A stretch of DNA of 64,000 nt, taken from NCBI RefSeq assembly GCF_006345805.1, contig NC_042998.1:183644001-183708000 (forward strand), in the 5' to 3' direction. The notes below the pieces were generated by a model that was not told where the DNA came from, did not search any database, and saw only the letters and a program-made list of their open reading frames with translations. The position numbers were made by a program, and so were the translations under genes. The DNA is from Octopus sinensis (taxonomy: Eukaryota). This document shows positions 27,035 to 39,740 of this stretch, piece after piece (the first letter of the stretch is position 1; each line of letters starts with the position of its first letter).

Positions 27035-27990
27035 AGTGCTGTGCTTATGACACTGAGGACTTGATTGTGACGCCATGTATATCTGTCTAATGCTTGCCTG
27101 CAGTTTGACAGAACACGTCTCACAGTCGCTTTCTCTCCGCATCTACATTCATCAGTTGTTTGTATGTTCCACCAGACTAAATTCGCCGGTGAGGGTAAAA
27201 CGTCGAAGGTAGACTTGATCAGGAAGGATGTTCTTGCTTGTTCCCAAGCCCAGAGTTCCTTCCATGAGATTCTGCAACTGACTACATATTTCTCCCATCT
27301 CAGACACTGTCCCTGTTGACTACATCACACCAAATGTACATTTCGCCTTTCTTCTTCCTCCTTTCTCACTTCGTGTACCACTGCCTCTTTCATCTCTTTT
27401 ACACTACTCATGCAAAATGGCCTGAAATTGTGCAGCCCTAGACTGGCTCTTGTTTCTTGCATCACTTCGACTATATTGGCACGCCTTAGCTTTCTGATTG
27501 CCCTGTTTACTGCCTCTTCTGCTTTCCATTTCCTCCCTGTTCATACCTTTAGAGGGTTTTCTCAGATGTTCTTATTTCTTTATTGCCCACAAACATAGAG
27601 GGGACAAACAAATTACATCGACCCCAGTGTGTAACTGGTACTTAATTTATCGACCCCGAAAGGGATGAAAGGCAAAGTTGACCTTGGCGGAATTTGAATT
27701 CAAAACATAACAGCAGACGAAATACCGCTAAGCATTTCGCCCGGCGTGCAAATGTTTCTGCCAGCTCGCCACCCTATGTCTCAGCTCTTCTGATCTTTCG
27801 AATCCCTTAGCATCATTACTGTCCTTTCCTTTCCTGCCTTATATTCTTTTGCGATTGATGCTATTGGTAGTTGCAGCACGGGTTTTCCATCCTTGTTTTC
27901 CATATAGTGTAGTTGTATTCAGTGATTTTGCAAATCCTTTTTTCAAATATTCCAAAGCTTTTTTTCCCAATACTCTAATGATCTTGCCTG
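27035..27990 (-). mobile_element. Hero-clade (R2 superfamily) non-LTR remnant, interrupted by a SINE
   Basis: TGRKWKAEEAV...ISWKELWAWEQARTSFLIKSTFDVLPSPANL...CRCGEKATVRRVLSNC..ALDRYTWRHNQVL. Confidence 0.8.
27597..27775 (-). mobile_element. SINE family C (tRNA head plus Meta-like domain)
   Basis: Minus strand ttcaaattccgccaaggtcaactttgcctttcatccctttcggggtcgataaattaagtaccag; relatives at about 24720-24880 and 26050-26250. Confidence 0.7.
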
Positions 27991-28304
27991 TTCACTGCAA
28001 CAATAACAACAACAACATCAACAACAATAATAAATCAAAACTGTTGTATAGTCTTTCCACAGTCCAAATAAACCGCAATATTACAACTTTTGGTTGTAGT
28101 GGATGTTCTGATGATTATGGCAATAGTAGTGCTAGTGAATTATTTGAGAATAGAGCTAGTTAAATTTGTTTTCTTTTATGTAACACATGACTCTCTCTTT
28201 AACTGTAAGTTATAGCCAACATTTAGAATATCTGGACAATAGCCAACATGTTAAAGCAAGCCAGAATAGATTTTTTATAATAAGCATGTATTCAAAGATA
28301 TTAC

Positions 28305-28430
<126 letters not shown>

Positions 28431-28950
28431 GGCTGTGAGTATGCTTACTTAATAGACAAATTAAATCTAAAAAATATATATATCGTTGGCGTCAGTGGCA
28501 TTAGTAGTAAAGTTATCTTCAACATCATCACCATTATAATTATTTAACACCCGTCATCAATGTCAGCATAGGCAGAATGGTTTGACAGGATCTGATGAAT
28601 CAGAGGACAGCATGCATTGTGCTCCGATGTCTACTTTGGCATGGTGTCTACAGCTCCAATGCCCTTTCTAACAATGGTAACTTTACAGAATGTACTGGGT
28701 GTTTTTAGTTGTGGCACCAGCATTAATGATGTCTTGTAATTCACTCACATGGCTATGAAGAACCCACTAGACTGAGTGGGAGTGTAGAAGAGAGGGAACT
28801 GGTTTTTATGTAGTGAATCCTTCTCATGACTTGAGTTTCATGTCACAGTAGTTTTCAGGTAGCAGTAATTTTCAGGTAAACTGAAATTGGTGTGGTGAAA
28901 GATGAATCAGGAGGAAAAAGAATTCAGTTTAAATAAACAATATACCTTAC

Positions 28951-28989
28951 AGCAGGTATCCAGTAGTTGCTTCCTCTTTCATTGATAAA
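28951..28989 (-). other. Candidate 39-nt microexon (FINERGSNYWIPA)
   Basis: ccactattacag| ... |gtaagg; preceded on the minus strand by a ~500-nt pyrimidine tract. Confidence 0.3.
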
Positions 28990-29009
28990 CTGTAATAGTG
29001 GATTCTATG

Positions 29010-29510
29010 TGTGAGGGGAGAGGGAAAGTAGGGGAGAAGGGAGGAGGGGAGACAAGAGGAGGGAAGACAAGAGGAAGGAAGACAAGAGGAGGGGAGAGGT
29101 GAGGGGGAGAGAGAGGAGGGAAGAGAGGAGAGAAATGGGGTAAGTGGGAGGTGGAGACAGAAAAATGGGGTTAGCAGGAGGGAAAGAGGGAGAAAAAGGG
29201 GAAAAATGGAGAGAGAGGGAGAAAGATAGACAGAGGAGGGAGAGAATAGAGGGGAGAGAGGGGAAGAGGAGAGAGAGAAAGAAAAGAGAATGGAGAGAGG
29301 GGAGGAAAGAATGGACAGAGAAGTGTGCCGGAAAGAATGGAAAGAGGAGAAGTGTGACGGACAGAGGCAGAAACAGGGAGTAAGAAGGTAAGGGAGAGAG
29401 GGAAGAGAGAGTGACAGAGAGAGAGGGGGAGAAAGAGAGACGAGAGAGAGAGAGACAATGACAGAGAGACAGAGGGAGTGAGAGAGTAAGAGAGAGAAAA
29501 ACGGAAATAA
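29010..29510. repeat. Polypurine (GA-rich) low-complexity tract
   Basis: Nearly pure G/A on the plus strand. Confidence 0.95.
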
Positions 29511-30165
29511 TGGACAACTAATAAAGAAATAGGTCCAGTTACCTTTAAGAAACAAGCAGTAAGACTAAGGTGTCAAACACACCTAGCCAGACGAGTGCAT
29601 ATACTCATAGCTATACAGATCTACACACATACACAACACACACAACTCAGATAATACATCCATATACAATTTTCAAAATCTTTACATTCATATATACATA
29701 CAGACAGACAGACATACAACTTCTCTTCAAAGAGATCAGTCAACATACACATACAAATGCAGACATAGACAGACAGGCATCATAATCATATGACCAAAAT
29801 CTCTTTTGGTGAGGTCTTAGATGTGAAGTAATATTCAAAAAGAAAATACTACTTCACATTTCAAACTGTGATCACCTACAATATTTGAATGAAAGTCTTA
29901 TTTTAATACCGTTCTGAAGTATGGTGTGTTTCTTCAGCCTTGCTACTGACGATGTCTTCTTCTAGCTGTTATCATAGCAGGTGCTGAACTCCAGCAACAA
30001 CACTCTCACAGCGATGTTATCAAAAGCATTAATTAAATCTTGAGGATTATCAATATTTCAAAAAAATTTTGAGATCATAAGATACATTTTCTCAACTTTA
30101 GCGATACATTATTCTGTTAAATACAAAAATACACTCACACACACACACACACATATATGCATGTA

Positions 30166-30865
30166 TACTCTTTTACTCTTTTACTTGTTTCAGTCATTTG
30201 ACTGCGGCCATGCTGGAGCACCGCCTTTAGTTGAGCAAATCGACCCCGGGACTTATTCTTTGTAAGCCCAGTACTTATTCTATCGGTCTCTTTTGCCGAA
30301 CCGCTAAGTGACGGGGACGTAAACACACCAGCATCAGTTGTCAAGCAATGCTAGGGGGACAAACACAGACACACAAACACATACAAATATATATATATAT
30401 ACATATATACGACAGGCTTCTTTCAGTTTCCATCTACCAAATGCACTCACAAGGCATTGGTCGGCCCGGGGCTATAGCAGAAGACACATATATATTCTTT
30501 TACTTTTTTACTTGTTTCAGTCATTTGCATTTTAGTCGAAGAAATCAACTCCAGAACTTATTCTTTGCAAGCCTGGTACTTATTCTATTGGTCTTCTGTG
30601 CTGAACCACTAAGTTACGGGGGCGTAAACACACCAACATCAGTTGTCAGGTGATGGTAGGGGAACAAACGCAGGCACAAAGACAAACACACATGCACACA
30701 CACATACAATGGGCTTCTTTCAGTTTCCATCAACCAAATCTACTCACAAGACTTTAGTCAGCCCAAGGCTATAGTAGAGGACACTTACCCAAGGTGCCAT
30801 GTAGTAGGACTGAACTTGGAACCATATGGTTTGGAAGCAAGCTTCTTACCACACAGCCATGCTTG
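30166..30865 (-). mobile_element. Two tandem SINE A copies (one 5'-truncated)
   Basis: Two tails (about 30166 and 30495). Confidence 0.85.
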
Positions 30866-30866
30866 C

Positions 30867-30939
<73 letters not shown>

Positions 30940-31076
30940 CGTGTGCGTGTATATATGCATGTATATATATATATGTGTATGCATTGTCTGAATTGATTAA
31001 AGTGTACTGCATCTAAATCTACTATGGTATACAATCTATCTGTCTTTCTCTATGTCTCTTTGTCTATCTGTCTATC

Positions 31077-31279
31077 TAAGAGCATTAGATTCCTTGGAAG
31101 AAAGCAGCGAATGCATACAAAAAGAAGGACAGAAAAAAACGGATGATGTTACACAAATACAATAAAAATAATAACAGGACATAACAACAGGTGTCTTTCG
31201 ACTAAGGACGTCTGTTTTCTTTCCGTCCTTGTTTTTGTATACATTTGCTGCTTTCTTCCAAGGAATCTAATGCTCTTAA
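31077..31279. repeat. Foldback element (long inverted arms)
   Basis: taagagcattagattccttggaagaaagcagc / gctgctttcttccaaggaatctaatgctctta, continuing imperfectly inward. Confidence 0.85.
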
Positions 31280-31459
31280 CTTAGTTTTTCCTTGGGGCTG
31301 GCCAGATTGGGGCAATCTCAAGTATAATCAGCTGAAATTGAGAAGATAATTTGGTACTTGACAGAGGAAAGAAAACTTTGAATGTTCTGTCCTTGTTTTC
31401 TTTGTATCGCCTGTCTGGATGTTTTGCATTCTTGTCCCATTTTGTATTTTATATATATA

Positions 31460-31857
31460 CTAGCAGTATCGCCCGGCGTTGCTCGGGTTTGTAAGGGAAA
31501 TAACTATATAAGCATTTTTAGAGAGTTATAGCCAAAAAATAGCAAAAAATGCATTAAAAATGGGAAAAAAATTATGGTAAATTTTTTTTTAAATCGTTGA
31601 CTCATCGTAGACATTTTTAGAGAGTTACTTCCCTTATATAATAGCGAAAAAAATGCATTAAAATGGAATAAAATGATGGTAAATTTTTTTTAAAATCGTA
31701 GACTCATCGTAGACGCGCGCTAATACCCAGAAGGGCTCGATATGAATCACGACTATAAGATACCCGGTTTTGGTTAAACTGCACCGCAAAATGTGGGAGT
31801 AGTTAGGAATCTAAATTGTAGGAGACAGACACACAACCTTACTTTTATATATAAAGA
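31460..31857 (-). mobile_element. Non-autonomous Helitron
   Basis: Minus strand A|TC start, hairpin cccgagcaacgccggg, CTAG|T end. Confidence 0.8.
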
Positions 31858-33084
31858 TATATATATGATAAATGAAAGATGGAAAATGGAATATTATTAG
31901 TTACAACAATGGTCCAACCCATGCTAGCATGGAAAACGGATGTTAAACGACTACGACGATGATGATGATGATGAATTCTTTCAACACATCTAGCATCTGC
32001 CCCTCATGGGTGGACCCTTGACTGGTTCAGGAGCATCTGGCGGTGCAGAAGTGTCTCATCAGATAATAAATAGATACAACTCGTTAGAATAACAGTTCCA
32101 CAATGAATCTTCTCATTTCGTAGAAAGAAAAGCAGCAAAGATAAGAGTGGTAGACAGACAGGCAGAGATTGGTAGATAGACAGACATTGATAGACAGACA
32201 GACCAATAATGCTAGATAAACATTGATAGATAGAAAAACGGACAGATAGCTAGTTAGATAGAGACAGAGAGATAGACAGTTAGACAAAGAGACATAGAGA
32301 AAGACAGATAGATTGTATACCATAGTAGATTTAGATGCAGTACACTTTAATCAATTCAGACAATTCTTTAGTCTATGGTTATACATTTAGGCATTTCATT
32401 AACCTCTTGATATTAACTCCATATAAAGAATTTTCCAGAAGATCAACAGAATGATGTGAACTGCTGCAGAAGCACACAAGAGATTGAAGTGAGGAAATGA
32501 TGCAGAAGCTGAAAATACTCTTAACAATGAATTACACAAACAGTAGTTAGAGGAAGAGAAAATCACAAGGGTATAAATAATTATATATATATATGTTTTT
32601 AATTAATTGGATTACATACATACCATCAAGAGATAAAGCCAAATCCCTCTCAAATAGGAAATAGAAGACAGCAACGTCAAGTCACATTGGTTTTAGATTA
32701 AGGCCAGAAGGATGTTAAGACAATCATCATGACAAAAATATAATTCATTGAAAGGCAGAGGAATCTCAGTTAATGGAAACAGGAAGAATCTCTCAACAGA
32801 GGAAAACAAAAATGAGGTATTTCTTGATAAACAAGTGAAATGAAAATATTTCACATAGCAGAAAAGATAAGAAAGAGCAGTTTCATATAAACAAATAAAT
32901 AATAATTTCAAATGTTAATAGAAAATTAACAGGAAAATGTAAAATATTATCATACAAGTTTGAAAATATGTTCAGATTTTTGAAGAAAAGTTTGCCGTAT
33001 GTTAATTTTATAACAAAGAAAAATTATAGCATCTGATATGATATCAAACTTTAGCTGCTACCAAGGAATTAAAAAAAAAAGTTT

Positions 33085-33494
33085 ACGTGGCTGTGTGGTA
33101 AGTAGCTTGTTTACCAACCACATGGTTCCGGGTTCAGTCCCACTGCGTGGCACCTTGGGCAAGTGTCTTCTACTATAGCCTCAGGCCGACCAAAGCCTTG
33201 TGAGTGGATTTAGTAGACAGAAACTGAAAGAAGCCCGTCGTATATATGTATATATATATATATATGCGTGTGTGTGTTTGTGTGTCTGTATTTGTCCCCC
33301 TAGCATTGCTTGACAACCGATGCTGGTGTGTTTATGTCCCCGTTACTTAGCGGTTCGGCAAAAGAGACCGATAGAATAAGTACTAGGCTTACAAAAGAAT
33401 AAGTCCCGGGGTCGAGTTGCTCAATTAAAGGCGGTGCTCCAGCATGGCCGCAGTCAAATGACTGAAACAAGTAAAAGAGTAAAAGAGAAAGAGT
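33085..33494 (+). mobile_element. SINE family A flanked by ~133-bp direct repeats
   Basis: 32952-33084 matches 33495-33627. Confidence 0.9.
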
Positions 33495-33659
33495 ATACAA
33501 GTTTGAAAATATGTTCAGATTTTTGAAGAAAAGTTTGCTATATGTTAATTTTCTAACAAAGAAAAATTATAGCATCTGATATGATATCAAACTTTAGCTG
33601 CTACCAGGGAATTTTTTAAAAAAGTTTTCAATATATTAAATGAAGAGGGTGGATCTTCT

Positions 33660-35010
33660 CAAGAACCTCATATCACCAGGCATCTTGGTCCATTGTCATC
33701 ATCTGCAAGCAGCCCAACACTTTGAGATTGGATCTTACTACTTCATCTCATGTTTTCCTGGGTCTCCCTCTTCAACAAGTGCCATCTACTTAAAGCAATT
33801 TGCACTTCTTTATACAGCTGTCTTTGTTCATGCACATCACATGTCCAAACCAACATAGTCCCTTTTGAATGCTACATCTAATTCCTCTTATACCCAGCTT
33901 TTCTCTTAGCATAATTGCATTTTGTTGCACACACACACACACACTGATGTTGTATATACATAGGAGCATACTTCATACCTTTCCAGTTTGCACACTCTCT
34001 GCATTCAGGACCCACGTCTCACTGCCATGGAGCATAGCTGTTCATACACAAGCATCATACAATCTGCCTTTCACTCTGAGAGAGAAGCCTTTTGTTGCCG
34101 ATAGAGGTAATAGCTCTCTAAATTTTCTCCATCCTATTCTTATTCTAGAAACACTACTTTCAGAACATCCTCTGCCATTATTAATTTGGTCACCTAGGAA
34201 ACAGAAAGGATCTATAAACCTAAAGGAGTCTCCTGGGTGTTTGAGAGAGTCTAATTTCCTTGTTTCCTTAGTGCTTATTGTTCCTTTGCATCTTCCACAT
34301 ACAAACACGACTTTCTGCTGACCTACTGTGAATGAATGGAATTTCTTCCAACACATTTCCTACATATTGAGCAGAGCCATCCACCTGATAGAAGAGTCTT
34401 ATCCACTTTCTTGCAAACAACTTTGTTCTTTGCTATATTAACTTTAAAGCCCTTTGATTCTAAGTTTTTCTTCTCCAATTTCATTACAGATTCTGCCATA
34501 AGTGTGAGGTCACCAGTGTACAATAGTTTCCACAGGCAGCCAGTTTTAACCCACCACCCCCGTTATGGCTTGATGAATAAGAGAACTGAGCCCTGATGAA
34601 CACTTACTTGTACACTAAATTTGTTACTGTACTCATGGCCTACTCTCACCCAACTGACAGCTCCATTATACACTGCTTATATGGCTCTAACAAGCCACTC
34701 ATCTAATCCTTAGAGACCACCAGATAAACAGAACAAGGGATTCTGTCAAAAGCTTCTTCAGTTCAAGCCAAGTACAATGGTTTACTTTTGACTAGATATT
34801 TCTCCCACAGCTGTCTTACTAGGAAGATGGAATCTGTGTTACTCTTCCCAGCACGAAATGAAACTGCATTTAATCTAGTTGAATTCTATTCCCAATAAAT
34901 TGGGATATAGCTCTCTCTATAAATTTCATGACTTGGTCCAGCAGTTTGATACATCTGTAGTTGTTTCTATCAAAGGCATCACCTTTACTCTTGTAGCAAC
35001 TAACTATAAT
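33660..35010 (-). mobile_element. Decayed RTE LINE (RT domain with Cys-rich insertion, C-terminus)
   Basis: CYKSKGDAFDRNNYRCIKLLDQVMK, VHQGSVL, CSICRKCVGRNSI, FCFLGDQI...RIRIGWRKFRELLPL...KGRLYDACV. Confidence 0.9.
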
Positions 35011-35953
35011 ATTACATGTCTTTAGGAATGATGCCTTCCTGGATAACCTGATATGAGTGACTACACCGGTGACATGTAAAAACCACCAACCGATCGTGGC
35101 TGTTGCCAGCCTCCCCTGGCACCTGTGCCGGCGGCACGTAAAAAGCACCTACTAAAATCACGGAAGGGCATCCAGCTGTAGAAACACTGCCAGCTCAGAC
35201 TGGAGCCTGGTGCAGCCTTCTGACTTCCCAGACCCTGGTTGAACCATCCAATCCATGCTAGCATGGAAAACGGACGTTAAACGATGATGACGATGATTTC
35301 AACAGTGATTTCTGATGGTCTAGAGCAGTATTTCCCAACTTATTTCCTGCCAGGCCCCACTATGACTTTCTAGAAAAATGTATGCCCCACCATTGTTTGG
35401 TAAAAAACAGCTTTATTTTTAATATTTCATAATGATATACTTTCCTTAAAGAAATATCCACACTACAGCATTTGATTAGTGCTATACTGTAGCAAACAGT
35501 CTTCACACAGTGTGCTTGGCTGGATAGAGGGATTGGTTTGGCTAGGCTGTGTATAGGTGGAGTATTTGCTGAGAAAAAAAGATTTTCACAATTCCACGTC
35601 CCACTAAAAAAAAAAAAGAGAAAAGAAAACACTTTGGATCCCACACCCCACCACAATTTTCCCAGGCTCCTCCAGTGGAAATCACTGGTCCAGAGGCTTT
35701 CCCTGTCTTCATATCCTTAATTGCTTTATCTATCATACGACTGTCATGTCAGCAGTTTAACCCAACAGAGAGAGACCAACCAGCAGAGTTGATATGTCAA
35801 CTCTGGTGGCTGATCCCTCAGTTAGGTCCACATTAAAGACCCTGCTTCTCTCATGCATTAATATCATTATCATCGTCATTATTCTTTAACTTCCCTTTTC
35901 CATGCCGGCATGGGTTGGACCACATGGCTTATATAGCTCTAACAAACCACTCA

Positions 35954-36367
35954 TACTCTCTCTTTTACTCTTTTACTTGTTTCAGTCATTTGACTGCGGC
36001 CATGCTGGAGCACCGCCTTTAATCGAGCAACTAGACCCCAGGACTTATTCTTTTGTAAGCCAAGTACTTATTCTATCGGTCTCTTTTGTCGAACCGCTAA
36101 GTAACGGGGACGTAAACACACCAGCATTGGTTGTCAAGCAATGCTAGGGGGACAAACACAGACACACAAACATACATGCACACACATATATATATACATA
36201 TATACGACGGGCTTCTTTCAGTTTCCGTCTACCAAATCCACTCACAAGGCATTGGTTGGCCCGGGGCTATAGCAGAAGACACTTGCCCAAGGTGCCACGC
36301 AGTGGGACTGAACCCGGAACCATGTGGTTGGTTAGCAAGCTACTTACCACACAGCCACTCCTGCGCC
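35954..36367 (-). mobile_element. SINE family A
   Basis: Full-length young copy. Confidence 0.9.
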
Positions 36368-37264
36368 TATATATATATACATATAAATGGTCTTTTTTTT
36401 ATGTTGAGTTATACTAAAAAGAATTTTACATTAATCTGATGAGTTAGTAGAGTACAAAATTCTTATTCTTATAGAAGAATGTTGTTGGACAGTGACTTCA
36501 AAGTTTTGGCTAGTCAAGCCATTGTCAGACTGTCTGACAATTGCTTAAATGGCCAAAGTTTCAAAGTCATTGTCAACAACATTCATATATGTGTGTGTGT
36601 GTGTGTGTGTGTACATATAATGTGACACTAACATACTTGTGACAGGCATATCTGTCATTCCAATATATTAATGGCGCTTGTCTCTCACCTCTTCTTACTC
36701 CACAAACCAGTCTGTATTTCAAAGGCTACTCCCACAAACCAAACAGATGTGGCAAGGTTTAGAACCAGAATCATGATCACAGCTTTTTAAACCTGATTCC
36801 TAACATTCCTCACTGACATTATTTGAAAATAAAAAAAAATACATCCTGTCTTAATTTGTCTAAGAAGCATGTCTTATATATATATATATACACACACATA
36901 CATATATATGTAAATTCGCACTATATATATATACTGACATACACTTACATACATACGGACAATAAATCTATTTACTTAGTTCTTGGATAATATGTGGACT
37001 TGTTAAATATTTCATAATAGTTTCTTTCATAATTGTCTTGTTTCAATCACCTTTTATTTCTCTTATCTTTTATTCATTCATCTACTTCAGGGATAACAGT
37101 TACCTGATCAGGCCAAAATAAGAAAAAAATATAGAAGTAGCCTCATTCTTTGTTGCACATCAAGACAAACAGGGCTCAGTTATAAAGAATGTCAGCTATT
37201 AATAACCAGTTATTTCGCATTTAATGTAACATTCTCTACCCAAATTACATTTTGCTTTGTACAC

Positions 37265-37710
37265 TCATCATCATCATCATCGTTTAATGTTCGCTTTCCA
37301 TGCTAGCATGGGTTGGACGATTTGAGTGAGGGCTGGTGAACCAGATGGCTGCGCCAGGCTCCAATCTGACCTGGCAAAGTTTCTACAGTTGGATGCCCTT
37401 CCTAATGCCAACCACTCCAAGAGTGTAGTGGGTGCTTTTATAGTGCCACCGGCACGAGGGCCAGTCAGGCGATACTGGCAACGGCCATGTTCGAAAATGG
37501 TGTTTTTTATGTGCCACCTGCACAGGAGTCAGTCCAGCAGCACTGGCAATGACCTCGCTCAAATGTTTTGTTCATGTGCCACCAGCACAAGTGCCAGTGA
37601 GCGATGCTGACAACGATCACGCCCAAATGGTGCTCTCTACCTCTTTCACAGGTTCCCTCAACCGCTAGGGTGTGGCACTTTTTCACACAGCTATCTTCCA
37701 ACAACCTAAT
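37265..37710 (-). mobile_element. RTE 3' end / 3'-UTR repeat
   Basis: EDSCVKKCHTLAVEGTC fragment plus UTR and (GAT)n tail. Confidence 0.8.
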
Positions 37711-37863
37711 TCATTGACCTTCCTTTATTCATGTGGCTGCTTCATGTTATCAATCATTTTGACGATGTGATTCCACCCAAATGTCTCATTGAACACGAAT
37801 CGCTTATAACAACTTATAACAATTTCAGTATAAATTTAGGATTGCATATGAAGTCACTTAAAT

Positions 37864-38094
37864 CAGTGGTTCCCAAACATTTTCAAGCTGCCACTACCTT
37901 GACGCCCAGGCCACATTCCTAGCACCTCCATCCCTACTAACCATCACAAACATAGACCTTTTTCTGAAACAAATTCAAAGCAACTGTATTTAACAAATAT
38001 AACTTAACCTAATGAACCCCCATTATTGCCCCACTTTTCTTGGAACTTTCCACTGCCCCCAGGGAAGCAATACCGCCCACTTTGGGAACCATAG
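37864..38094. mobile_element. hAT-type MITE
   Basis: TIR cagtggttcccaaa/tttgggaaccatag; 8-bp TSD acttaaat/gcttaaat. Confidence 0.8.
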
Positions 38095-38341
38095 GCTTAA
38101 ATCACCATGTTTGGAAATAGAGTTGCTAATCAAGACATGTACAGCAAGAAAAATGCGACTACAGGGGATCTTCAGTAAATAAAAGTTTCAAATATTTCTA
38201 TTTTAATTAAGAATTAATTAAGTGGGTAATGATTAGTTGGTGTGGGTGTGTGGTTAAGTGGTTAAGCAGATTGCTTCCCAACCACATGCTGTTGGGTTCA
38301 GTTCCACTGTGCAGTACCTTGGGCAAGTATCTTCTACTATA

Positions 38342-38555
38342 CTTGTACTTGTACTTGTGATGGCGTTCACCCAGCGCGGGTTGAACCGGCTTCTTCTCTA
38401 GTCCTGACAGCATCATGAACCATGGCAGCCCACACTTGACGGTCCTGTGCGAGGTCACTGGAGATAGCTAGCCATTCGCGGTTCCATCTGCACAGGCCGA
38501 ACACCTGCGGACCTGAGAGTTCGGAGAGGTCTTCCTTTATCGTCGATAAAGGAGG
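38342..38555 (-). mobile_element. 5'-truncated RTE-type LINE (second family) inserted into a SINE A
   Basis: TIKEDLSELSGPQVFGLCRWNREWLAISSDLAQDRQVWAAMVHDAV; (TACAAG)n tail; 13-bp TSD atcttctactata at 38329-38341 and 38556-38568. Confidence 0.85.
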
Positions 38556-39034
38556 ATCTTCTACTATAGCTTCAGGCCGACCAAAACTTTATGAATGTAT
38601 TTGGTAGATGAAAACTGAAGAAACCACATTGTATTTCAACACACACACACACACACACACATTAGTGTGTGTATTTGTGTGCGTGTGCATGTGTATACAT
38701 TGTTTTGATATCATATGCTGGTTGTAAATGAGCATCACTGTCAACTAAACGATGCTATTGATTTTCAGTCTTCCATGGGAAAACATGTTTGGCTGAGGGT
38801 AAATATCATCTTGCAGGGGAACGGGTGAGAATTGGCAACAGAAAGGACAACTGACCACACAGAAAATCTGCCACAACAAATTCCATCTGACCCATGCAAG
38901 TATGGAAAAATGGATGTTATATGATGATGAAGATGATGCTAAATATCAGAAGCATCAATTTGAAACAGTTACAGTTACTTCAGGTAAAATAGAAGAGAAA
39001 CAGTTTTTAATACTAGTGAGTTCATGGCTTGCAG

Positions 39035-39470
39035 GACGGCCTGCTGTGCTAACCTTGGATCGTAGGGTGACCTGCTGTGCTTGAGGAGACCTATTGAGTC
39101 AAGTACATCAACATCGAAATAAAAATCAAATGGAAATTGTAGTTGTGATACCCGTGCCGGTGGCATATAAAAAGCACCATCCGATGCCAGTGCCGCCTTG
39201 ACTGGCATCCGTGCCAGTGACATGTAAAAAGCACCAACCAATCGTGGCCGTTTGCCAGTCTCCTCTGGCCCCTGTGTCAGTGGCACGTAAAAAGCACCCA
39301 CTACACTCACAGAGTGGTTGGCGTTAGGAAGGGCATCCAGCTGTAGAAACACTACCAAATCAGACTGGAGCCTGGTGCAGCCTCCTGGTTTCCCAGACCC
39401 TGGTCAAACTGACCAACCTATGCTAGCATGGAAAACGGATGTTAAACGATGATGATGATGATGATGAATT
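39035..39470 (+). mobile_element. RTE 3'-UTR-derived repeat
   Basis: Matches 20920-21335. Confidence 0.8.
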
Positions 39471-39740
39471 TGAGATATAGTAGGCTGTATGTAATTTGAC
39501 CAGTAACACTGCTGCTCAGGAAGCAATAAGTAAATGGCTTGTGCTTTGTTTTGTTTTTTCTGTTTCTAAATGGAACATGTAATATCTATTAGCACACAGG
39601 TAGAGATATTGATCTTAAGTTTGACTTTCAATCACTTTGATTTTAGTGGACTAAAAAAAACAAAGGTAAATACATCTATTCTCATTCATTACAGGGGTTT
39701 GTTTGAAAAAAAAAACAGTGAAAAACAGTGAAAAAAAAAT

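Noticed and set aside
28947-29555. 202-aa and 170-aa Ser/Leu/Pro-rich ORFs
   Set aside because: Stop-free only because of the CT-rich low-complexity tract.
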